A DNA stretch of 64,000 nucleotides from Tubiluchus corallicola (Eukaryota > Animalia > Priapulida): NCBI GenBank assembly GCA_030141605.1, contig JAQGDQ010000015.1, positions 868,001 through 932,000 on the forward strand, given 5' to 3'. Position 1 is the first letter of the stretch. Every line of letters starts with the position of its first letter. A program made the translations under genes and the position numbers. The notes under the pieces were generated by a model that saw nothing but the letters and a program-made list of their open reading frames with translations, made no database searches and was not told the DNA's origin. Shown piece after piece: positions 1 to 55,800 of this stretch.

Positions 1-359
1 CAACTCGGATGCGGTCGTCATGGAGATGGTAAGCTGATGACGGCAGCGCATTAGAGTATTATAGACACCCTAGCTCTCCGTCACGAAACTCAAGAAAGAA
101 TCGAAACCAATTTATTTTTCGGATAATTCCAAGCATCGCGCGTGCGTGTGCATGTATAAGCATGTACTCTTGTTACTGAAGTGGTAGGAGCGGTAAATGG
201 AATTCAAAGTTAGATATTCAGACTTGATTCTGCTGGACCGTCACTCCTCGTATCACACGTTTGCCCGGAAAAAGCTTGGCTTAGAGTAAATTCATTGACA
301 TCTAACTTAGCACAACGTGAGAGCCTTAATTACATTTCAGTGGGGGAAACGCCAATAAC

Positions 360-1112
360 CTAAACTTCAATATGTCTAAATTCATTGAAATGATTTATGC
401 CTAAGCCTACTGATATTCTCCCTATAATTATTACCGTCTCTAATTTGAAGGTAAAAAGAGTTGATTCTGTTAAACTTTTAGGGGTACAAATAGCTAAAGA
501 TTTAACATTGAACACCTATGTCCATTCAATTTACGTAAAAGCCAGTAAAAGAATTTACATTTTGCGATTAATGAAAAGAGCTGGGACTTTGCCTAATGAT
601 ATGACAAAAATGTACTGCATCGTGATTTGACCAGTTGTTGAATACGCTTGTCAGGTATGGCACTTATCTGTCTCCCAAAATCTTTCTGGTTTGTTGGAAA
701 CTGTTCAGAAACGCTCATTGAAAATACTTTTCCCAAATGGTACTATGTGAATGCTCTAATTTTAGCTAACCTTCAACTTTTATTTAACCTTCGCCAAATA
801 TTCTTGCAAAAAGTTGTTCTTATCAATTCAAAATCCTAATAATACAATCCATACTCCAGATAATCCTGATGCCAATACTCATAGATATCGTACTTGCCAC
901 CATCTGAAATAACCCTTACCTAGATGCAGAACAGAGAGAATCAAGGACAGTTTTATCAAATGTGGTTTATTTACTTTTCCAAACATAAGTTTATACTAGT
1001 GTAATAGTGCTTGTCGCTGTACGTTCTACCTTGCCTATTCTTTAAAAAAAAATTATATTTTGCAATTTCATGCTGTGGTGTAATTCAACCTTTTGGTTGT
1101 AATGGTAATAAA
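360..1112 (+). mobile_element. 3' fragment of a CR1/L2-group LINE (C-terminal ORF2 plus 3' UTR), degenerate
   Basis: Translation across stops/frameshifts gives RVDSVKLLGVQIAKDL..HSIYVKASKRIYILRLMKRAG..MYCIVI*PVVEYACQVWH..LETVQKRSLKI..RCRTERIKDSF, the typical post-RT region of CR1/L2-type ORF2; ends near AATAAA. Confidence 0.8.
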
Positions 1113-1899
1113 TGAGCGTATTATTATGATAGGTGCAATTTTATAAATTACAGGATTTAGCTTATTACAACAACTAGTTATTTACATTAAATGCATAAAA
1201 TTATATTCTGTCGGAATTTAACGCCCTTTGAGTAACATTACTGATAATTCGGAAGTAGGCCTCGTTAACTAAGCACAAATAAAACGCAATTATTTTACAA
1301 CCGCTTTTGCTGAACCGGCAAAACCCAGGGCAGGTTATAACACATTTTGTTCCCCAAAGTGGTTACTAGTTGAGATAGTCATTCTATGGAATACGAATTT
1401 AATTAAGTGTTGATACGAACGTTTCATAACCCCACTATTGTTCCCCAAACAAGTTAGTCAGCGAGTGATAGTGTTATGACCCGCCTGCCGATTTTAATTT
1501 AAGCGCAAGGTTGGCTTCTCACCTGTGTTCTGTACTTGCTTTTGACCTAGTTAGTTAGAGTTGTTATTGAGGTGGAAGTAATGTCGGCTGCTCAAGATGA
1601 CAGCCCTGATGTTTTATTTTTGTTAATTTGCGTTTACTGGCAATAAAAATGAAGTAATGTCGCAAATGCATCTCCGTTTATTCACCGTGTTTTGTGTAAC
1701 CAATTCCAACTCATAACAATAGAGTGAAGACCTCTGTAAGCTGGCTCGCCGAAACTTCTTGCATTCTACCTCCAAGCTCTCTGAAGCCAAGGTAGTCAAA
1801 CGTGGCAGTTTGCACTTCGATAGTACTAGTGTCTGTGGGTGTGTGTGTGGGATTGGGAAGGTCAGTTTAACACATTTCACCTTAAAGATCGGCACATAG

Positions 1900-2175
1900 T
1901 ACTGAAGATTTTCCGTCCAAACGTTTTGAATTATGTCGTTCTTGATTATGTTTTCAGAACCACTGAGACCACAAATCAATCAACCGTGTTACATAAGTGG
2001 CAGTGCGCAGTTGCAGAGGGTGGGTGTGGTCATTATTGACTCACGTAATTTTGTCTTTCACATAAAAGGTTGGAAGAGTTCGGCGTTTTGTTCTTTATCG
2101 CTGAAGCCAAGATAATCAAATTCGGCTCAACATCATTTGACAAAAAGTCATTGGAGTACTCTTGAATTTGACTGA
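1900..2175 (-). mobile_element. Possible decayed hAT transposase C-terminal (dimerisation) fragment
   Basis: Minus frame reads VEPNLIILASAIKNKTPNSSNLLCERQ, resembling the hAT FPNL..LA....P.SSA.CER motif; interrupted by stops. Confidence 0.3.
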
Positions 2176-2660
2176 TCTTTAAGTTAAATACGGTCTTTTT
2201 CATTGCACTTCAAAGCAAAATGGAAAAGTAAATGGCGGTTTTACTGTTTCACACCCCTTCGATAAATGTTGCTAATGTTAACCTAAAAGAAGCGGTAAGT
2301 TGATAAATAACTTAATGACAATGTGGACCTGCCACCACATAATAGTCGCAGAGACACAAAATTGTAGCTGTGCCTCATTTTGTATTAGTGTGGGTGCATG
2401 TGCACAAATGTTTCGTCTACAGCTCGCAAGATCCCATAACGCAGAGAAAAAGCGTCAAATGGAATGATGTAAACACCGTCTGCTGACGTGAGAAAGAAGC
2501 CATCCTGGCTTACTTGGTTTCGACAGATCTCACTATCTACCAGCTGCATTCATTTATCTATAGTAGCACAGTACGTAGTAGGTTTATTTACTTTACACTT
2601 ACACAGCAGTGTGAATCTGTCGTGTTAGAATGTTCTGTTCCGCATATAGACGTTATTTCA

Positions 2661-2668
<8 letters not shown>

Positions 2669-2740
<72 letters not shown>
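2669..2740. repeat. (CT)n microsatellite
   Basis: Direct inspection. Confidence 0.98.
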
Positions 2741-2742
<2 letters not shown>

Positions 2743-3034
2743 ACACTCTGCAAACTGTGATTTAGCATTCAATGGCAGCGCCACCTTAATGTAGATGGCG
2801 CTCAAGCCACTCACAAGGGGGTAACAACTGCTGTTATACATGCGTAGGGCCGAATAGCCATTGGATGCCATACTCGTATCACACAAAAATTCGTGAGTTG
2901 ATGAAACGTTTTTTTTGGAGGGAGAGGGGGGCAGGCGTTAGGATAGGTTCTGTGTGGTCCAATAATGTGCAGAAGTTCATAAAACTACTTGGACTCTCGA
3001 AACCGCATTTCGTATTCATCCAACACAAAGAGAG

Positions 3035-3630
3035 AGAAATCCACGCGAGCATTAGCAAGAAAATGGTGGTTCCTTTTTGTATAATCAAAGTATGGGGTAA
3101 CCATGTATGTATTAGCAAGAAAACGACTTGTCCTTTTGCCAAATCAAATTAAAAGAAGACCACGAGTGCATTTGCACAAAAAAGGACGCGTCTGTTTTGA
3201 CGAATCAAATTCCGAGAAAATCATGAGTGCATTTTTCAAGAAAAGGATACGTCCTTTTTGTCCTGTCTCATTGGGGAAAAAAATCACCCAAGCATTAGCA
3301 AAAAGGGACACGTCGTTTTTGTATGATAAGAAAATATAAGACGTTTTTGTAAAAACGAATTACTAAAAAACATTGTAGTCAGAAAAGGACACTTCCTTTT
3401 TGTTCAGCAAGACTTGCACGACTCCTTTTTGTCCAATTAGATTGCGAAGAAACCACGCGTGCATTAGCAAGAAAAGGACGCGTCCTTTTCTCCAATAGAG
3501 CACGTGCTTTTTCGAAAGGTGGGGAAAATGAAGGTAGAGTTAAGACAGGTGTTTTTTATCCTGTCCAATCAAATTGGGAGAAAAACGACGTCAAAAGTTT
3601 CAAAAAGACGCATATGTATTTTGGACCAAC
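3035..3630. repeat. Degenerate ~60-bp minisatellite with internal palindrome
   Basis: Units resembling CCACGCGTGCATTAGCAAGAAAAGGACGCGTCCTTTTTGTCCAATCAAATT start near 3041, 3101, 3160, 3221, 3284 and 3453; perfect 22-bp palindrome AGAAAAGGACGCGTCCTTTTCT at 3470-3491. Confidence 0.85.
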
Positions 3631-4269
3631 ACTCGAATAATGCCCTGTTTCATAAATAAATTGCTGATACTCACAAACATAATTGCACTTAAATAAATAA
3701 CACTCACAGAAACTTTACTAAATTGATGCAGTGATTCGTGGTCTTAGCCTAACGAAACAAAAAAGTTAATGCACTGATTATATATTTATAGAAATAATCA
3801 AGAAACTTGATAGGGTGTCGTGAGTGCACAGGGCCCTTTGTGTGCTTAATTTTCGTTCTCTTTGCTTCATTGCGTTCTCTTTTTAAAATTACATGCTGTA
3901 AGTTGATGCCTTACTAATTTGCCTAGTGATGTTTTAATTTGTCTGCTATTTTTGTGATATTAACCTTTCTTAAACAGTTTAACTTTGTTCTTACTTGTCT
4001 GATTTTAATTTCACCTGATTTTGTTTGAACTATACGTGAAATCTTGATTCCTCTAAAATTTGCTTTTACGACTGCCGTTTTCTGGATATTTAAGCATTTT
4101 CCACATTTTGATCTGATTTTTATTTGAACCATATATTAACTTTAGCCTCTGGTTTTTCACTACCCTTTCTCCGTGATTTTGTATTTTGTGCATTAGTTAT
4201 TATGTAGCGTAAATTGATGGAAAAAACAGACAAATAAATAATAATCTAATCTAGTGTAATCGAAAATAA

Positions 4270-7200
4270 CAACAGTTTTTTATTGTAATGACATCATGTT
4301 TATTTGTATCACAAAATTCAATGGAGGAATAAAAGTAACCATATTTAAACATCTCTGACAAAGCAACATACGTGACAAGTACACAAAACTAGCATCTATA
4401 TTGTGATAAACAACGTACACCTTCCTAAACAAGTTATTATTTATTACAAAAAGGGCTCCTTGGTAAAATCTAACTCTTGAAAACGTTTACACAGTGGCAA
4501 TTGTCAGTTGAGTACCCATGTACGTATGACTTTGACTTATCAAACGGCAACAGAAGAACAGAAAAAACTCAACTGAACAATTAAAAAGCATTCAGAATGC
4601 ATCTCTAGATAAATGTTACAAAACATGGGAAAGAGCAAACCGTGGAGAAACAACGAGCGGTGATAAACTAAATTTTAATGTGCTGATTTAGAACGCACGC
4701 ACAATAAAAATTCGCAGTAGTATTAACAATAATATTGTGCAATATTTCCGTCTCGCACACACAACATAATAATATTGCAGATAATATGCCCTCTTAATTT
4801 GTAGTTTGATCGGTTGGGTAGCAATCATGCTGCGTTCATTAACAGTGCTATAAACGCAGTATAATATGACAGGATGATCAAATCAAAATGATGTAAATTT
4901 GATGACGAAACTAGGATAGATATGAATGAAAATTTAATAATGCTGAATGCGACTTAATTACATGAACAGAAGCAATACTGCAGCACGGCTGTACAAACTG
5001 TACACCAAGATTATACATTACAAATCCTACATATGCCACTGTCTCTCAATAGATGGCAGCACAAAATGGTTCAATTCTTAAAACATAATAATAAACTAAG
5101 GAAATCAAAATGAACACAATTTCTTTAGCATCTCCGTGTTCTTCATCTGCCCAGACAAAGCCTTAAATTTCAACTAATTCTATTCAAAACCTATGAACCT
5201 TAGAACAAACAAAACAAAATCCGTATAATTAATAATCAAAAATAATGTTCAACATTAAATGCATCTATTATCTTCATATCAAACACTATAATTATTCAAT
5301 GGTGATGCCTGCACTGCTGTTATCCTCACTGGGGCAAGCATTTGAAGTTTTGCCAGCACATGAATATTTTTTGCAAAAAAAATAAACAGTAATAAAGTGT
5401 TTTCACAGACAACAAATCATAAAAAAAATCAAATGGCATTTGTATAATCAAAATCAAATGGTACAATCACAAATTAAAATTGATTATACAAAAGGAAAGC
5501 ATTGTTACATAAAAAAATATGAGAAACTAAAAATTCAGCAAAATTACTAATTGCTAACCAACGCATATCTTACTATTGTAACTGGAAGATTATTTACAAT
5601 GTAGTCTAAATGATATCAGCAATACAGAGGGGAATGGTGCAATATTAGTGGCACAAACATGACCATAAGAATGCAAGTATCGTCAGCCTATCATCACGCA
5701 AACTGAAACTATGTAGTAGCACCTGAAAATTCAAGCAACAGCGCTAGTTAATAAATTGGCAAATATCTGAAATTAAATACTTATTACTTAGTGCAAGTGC
5801 TTGAATTTTCGAGGTACTCGTACGTAGCTTCATGTTTGCCCGATGATGGCCAAACGGTGTAGATGAATAGTTACAATTTTTGACAAAGATGTTTTCAAAG
5901 CTAGCTTGAGCACTTGCCTTTTTGCCTATCATCAAGTAAATTAAAATTACCAAAAAGACATGACTATAAGAATTTGATGTAAAAATGATAAATCAGGATA
6001 AATCACGTCATCAGTACTGAGATCAACAAAACAAAATTAACAACATAGGTTACTAAATAAATGCTGTATTACACATGTGATATTCACTAATTTGCTAAAT
6101 CTGAAAGTTTTGTACAAGAATTTTCAGACATAATATGTATACAATTTTCTAACAAAATACTGGTCCGCACAAATGCAATTATGGCACACATCATAAAATA
6201 TCATAACAAAACTCTTTTGTCTACTCTAACAAATCAGTGCATAAAATGGTAACTGACATATGGAAGGGACAGTTCATTCGATAACCAGTCGACCGAATCT
6301 AGCCACAGTATAATAAACTACAGCAGACTTCACCGGCAATGACGAGGCTATGTACAAAATGGCAGTTCTAAATGCTACTGGCCTTCAAGCCGGAATCAGA
6401 ATCGACATTATAACAACATACTAAAAGGTAGGTTACAAAAATCTTTAAATATTGTGTTATCTAAATAGAAATATCATGACACAATAATTGTAGAAAGCAA
6501 TTTAATGATACATACAAACTTTCCTGTATTTAATTTTGATAATATATGTTAGCCTGCATACAATCCAACAAAGAACATCAATGGTTTCACAGTTAAACAC
6601 TAGGAAAAATTGTTCAAAACAATTTGCAATAATACTTCAACCTTATACAAAGACAATGATAAGGTCACAGAGAATAAATTTCCATATTCAAGTCAACATT
6701 ATTTGGAAGATCTAGATATCTACACTCTACAGATGTCTGCAGCTCAGTGAAAAAGGGAATGTATATCAGTCATTTAAACTAATATAAACCTGCATAATGC
6801 CAGAATGAAATCACATCTAAAGAACAGTTCAAAAATTGCTGCCAAAATAGTCTCTAGTATTACATTGTAACTAATTCTCTGTTTTATGCTTGAGACTAGA
6901 TTACAATATGACAGTCTAGGATTTGAACCATTTCAAGATTTCATTCTGTAACAGACACATTTCTTTTTCAAGATAACAGAAAATGAAAAACTGGTCGATC
7001 AAACAACTGAAAAAATGGAGCCGATGGAAATCAGTACAGTTTTAATTCACCTAACAATTGCTCAAATAAAAAATCAGTTCTAAATTTTGCATCAACCATA
7101 TCCATTTTATTTATGCGATGCAATGGCATTCACAGCTCAAAAACGAACATATCAGGTTAAAAATTCCACATTAGTGCCTAATAATATATCATACAAATAT

Positions 7201-7841
7201 GTCAGCGTCTTAATTTTACTAACGTGGTTTAAATCCCTGATTGCCATGATATTTGATTTTCAAACGCAAGCAAATAACATTTATGTTAGGTAACACAAAA
7301 TCTGGTATACAAAAATAACGAAATAGGGAGGTTTTATAATCAATTTATTGGCGGTTACGTCCAAAGTTAAACAGCTGTGATGGTGTGGTCATGTCATAAT
7401 ATCATAATTAAAATTTCAACTAATATGAAAGCTCTACAGACCTTTAAGTCTTGCAAAAACAGTGTCTTGCAAAAAATAGTACTTCATTAATTTAAACGAA
7501 GATTACAATTGTATAAATAATTATAAGTAAAATTTCTGATCAAACAAGCTCTCCTGCTGCAACATAAGTGTATGTACTCTCTGCAAGTGTAAAAGCAGCA
7601 TCATTGTTTTCAGGTGAGGTAAGAAAAGGCCATGGCGATGACTAATATCATGACATGGGTTGCTATGATTAGGGCAACATTATGTAAAATTACACGGCAC
7701 AAAGTTTACATATAAATGTACAAATACTGATCATGTAGAAATCACTTGCATTTGATAATAACTTTCTCATAGTTCACATATATTCACCCTTTAGGTGGCT
7801 TTACTCACCTGCTAAATATATATAAAGTGAGTAAAGTATAT

Positions 7842-7909
<68 letters not shown>

Positions 7910-8013
7910 ATATAATATGTATGTATGTATAATATAATTATTTATATAACTTTATCTATGTATAAACTTTGCACAATTGTAGCTTTGGTTTTTCCAAACA
8001 CACAATACGTTTC
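4270..8013 (-). other. Probable long 3' UTR of the ZSWIM gene
   Basis: U-rich on the minus strand, ORF-free, apparently TE-free stretch after the stop; AATAAA hexamers on the minus strand near 4279-4304. The end point is inferred. Confidence 0.5.
7837..7906. repeat. (TA)n microsatellite in the ZSWIM 3' UTR
   Basis: Direct inspection. Confidence 0.97.
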
Positions 8014-52643
<44,630 letters not shown>

Positions 52644-52659
52644 GCACTCGTGTACGCTA

Positions 52660-52812
52660 ATGCGGTACTGATGATTCTCTCCTGCTTACATACCTACGCA
52701 TGCGCACGTCGCACTGCTATATTCTATGCTCCATCTAGGCCAGGAAACCCCCTCTGGGGAATCCCCGGCCCCGAAACAGCATGACGTATTACAAAGGAGA
52801 TTCCCATTGGCA
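52660..52812 (-). promoter_or_regulatory. Putative ZSWIM proximal promoter (Inr-like, NRF1-like, three kappaB-type sites, CRE-like, CCAAT)
   Basis: GC-richer island next to the ATG: TCAGTA on minus at ~52666-52671, ACGCATGCGCA 52696-52706, GGAAACCCCC 52743-52752, GGGGAATCCCC 52756-52766, TGACGTA 52782-52788, GGAGATTCCC 52796-52805, ATTGG 52806-52810. Confidence 0.65.
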
Positions 52813-55800
52813 GCAAGCCAAAAGCGAAAAAATCGCTGTTATGAAACAGTTTTTATAGTAATTTAACACACAAAAATCAATTCGCTTTCTTTTGTAGCTG
52901 AGAAACATTTACTTCTGTAAGCGATTAAATGAAATTATTACCGTTCATATATAAGCTTTTCTCTTTTGTAATGCACTTTTGCTAAATAGGCATTTTTTAT
53001 TACAAACTTATGCACAAAATCCATTATACACTAGAGAAGAAAGTAAAACTATTTTTAAATTATACACAAATGTACATATATGTAAATCTTTATTCGTCTT
53101 ATAATAAATTGAACAATTCATATTCAATAAAAAAAAAATTGCGTAAAAACTGATGTATGACAAACAAATAAGGCGTGTAACATATAAAAAAGCAAAGTTG
53201 AATGTACAATTTTGCCGACATCCATAGTGGAGGTTATTATTAAAGCAGGCAAAATATGACTTGGTGTCAAAATGTAGTTTAGACAATGTTGCTAGTAACC
53301 ATGCATAGCATATTTAAAACTAACGGAAAGCTTTGTACTGGCACAAGTAAACTGTTTTAGTTTTGGAGTGACGTCACTGTTGTCGCTATTTTTAATCCTG
53401 GTTTGTGAATAAACACAATTATATAAAAGGGAATTTACAAAACAACGTCTTGCGTAACAAACAAACTTGCGTTTCAAAAATATAATTTTACAAAATAAAA
53501 TTTCTCTCTGGGCACAGGGGAAATTGTTGTTGCCACGGAAAATGTATTCAAGCGCTATAAAAATTGTGAATTTCACTTACTTGTACTTAAAAGGCCAGAA
53601 AAAGACTCTTGGAACAAGTAAGAAAAATATAATACAGATATAAAGAAATTTTACTGTGCAGCTTTTACCTTTTTTTACACTATTCTTTATTCAAAGCAAA
53701 TTTAAAATGAGCAAACATTATTGAGCAAAAGCAGTTCTTCAACTGTGGTAAGTTTTAAAGGCTAAAGATTTTCGCTGAGTTTGAACTGTTTGTAGTATTT
53801 CATCTTTCAAATAATGCATTCAAATTAAATAATTAGCAAAACAAGTGAGAAGCATAAACGCGAACGTTAGACCATAAAGCCATTTTAATTAGTTGTACTT
53901 TCATGTATCCAAGATAAAGAGGACACTCACTAATATCTTTCCAACGAAACTGTTGAATAATTCGAGCAAATTATCTAAGCATTTTGTGCAGTGTACTACG
54001 TCTGACGTCCTCAGTACCACCCCAAAGAAGAATATGGTTCACTGTAAAAATTTTCATCTGCAATTACTCTGCAACGAAGCCTTGTCTGTTGTTTCCACAC
54101 GCATTGTTTTAAGGTTATTGAATGGAATTCAGTAATCCTTAAATCAAACAGTAGTCTGTCCTCGGCTTTCGATTATACCTCTGCCATAAGATAATTGTGC
54201 CAGAAAATAAGATCAGTCAGATCAGTACATATAGTATCTCCATAAAGTCAAATTCGTGTTTTTTATGCTAAGCCATAAATATTAAGCATTAAAGACAGCT
54301 ACCTATCCCAGGTAAAATGCATAATTGATCTTCACCCCATACTTCTCAAAAACAGGGGAACACATTATTTGTTGAGGAATTTGAAACGTAATTACTGCGC
54401 AAATCAGCACACCATGTCTTTCATAATAACAAGCTATCAAGTTTATGAACAGAATAAACATGGGAACGAAAATGGGGATACATTACTGGGAAGTTCCTTT
54501 TGCACTGCATGAAGAAGCTTTAAATCCCGTAAAGAATCTTATGAATTTCATATATTTGCGCAGAATCAGAAAAGAGATTATTCTTGATTAATAAATACTT
54601 ATAAAAGGCGGTGCAGCACTATTGTCTTTATTTGGTCATTTTATGTATTTAATTACATAAAACGTAATCCAAAACGTAGTTCTTACCCAGGACGTTGCTG
54701 CTTTCTTCATTGGATAGTAGCGTTACTTGATATATTGCATAAATAACACCCATTGTGCTAAATGTTGTCTAAAAATTACGCATTGTTGTGTAAAAATATG
54801 AAGACCACATAAACAGATCGAGGACCTAGACAGTAGCCGTCTCTGCACTGTTATTAGGCAACAGTGGTACAGAACAATTTAAATTTGACGACTAGTGTAC
54901 ATTGTGCTTAGAAAAACGGGCAGGAAAGTAGCAGAAATCTATTCAACATTGAAACAAAGTAAAAAGCAAGCTCGCCAAACTGCGAAGCTGATGCAAACAT
55001 TGTCAAAAATAAAGTTCACAAGAAATGGTAGCCAGTCAGTACTCGATAGACGTGATGATTTCCTACAAAGCAAAATTTATTTCTTCAAAGACAGGCCTTC
55101 CAAGACCAAACTTACTGGTTATAATAATTTTAAGGCCTTACATAGGTTGTGAGGACTTGCACAGATCACGAGAGATGAAAATCTTGAATTTTTTCATGTG
55201 AATGAAATTTGCGCGTTTAATCTGCCGTAACGTAATGAAAGATTGGCTAAAAAACGTGTGGGAATAAAACATCCATTTTAGAACTTTCACCGTTCTTCTT
55301 GATGATGCTGCCACAATTCAAATGAATCTTTAATGGTGAAACTCAGAACAGCAAACTGACACTAAAACTGTTTCGAATCAAGTTCCATGTGCAGAGATGA
55401 TCTCTATGTGGATGCTGCCAAGATCAAGATCAAGATCAGAAGTGCTCGTTCGAGTAAAAAACTAAGAATTTGGTCGTAAACTCTGTGGGCAAACACTCAT
55501 CATATTCAAAAAAATCAGCAAATTCTGGTCGCTAATCCATGAATTTGCCGATTCTGACAAGCTATATTCTTTCAAGGATTGTAGTAATATATCTAGACTT
55601 ACTGATGCACTATGTGAAACAGATGAAAGACCTAACAGACTAACGCTACTGATACGTTAATGCTAATTACCAATGCTCATTAGCTTTTATTCTGTACATA
55701 GGGCGATGCATTGTTCTGTTCTACAATCAGAATAGAGTTACTGTGTATGAAGTCTTTGAAGCTTGACAGCATTTTTATAAAGAATTGTAGAAGAATTGAC

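Noticed and set aside
3035-3630. CRISPR-like appearance (palindromic repeats at ~60-bp spacing)
   Set aside because: Eukaryotic context, whole units are homologous and degenerate, no unique spacers, no cas genes.
52657-52701. 14-codon upstream ORF before the ZSWIM ATG
   Set aside because: Its ATG lies within the NRF1-like site, probably upstream of the TSS; unsupported without 5'-end data.
54600-55700. Possible divergent gene or pseudogene between ZSWIM and DNAJC14
   Set aside because: Frames are interrupted by stops, with no recognisable domain or consistent splice structure.
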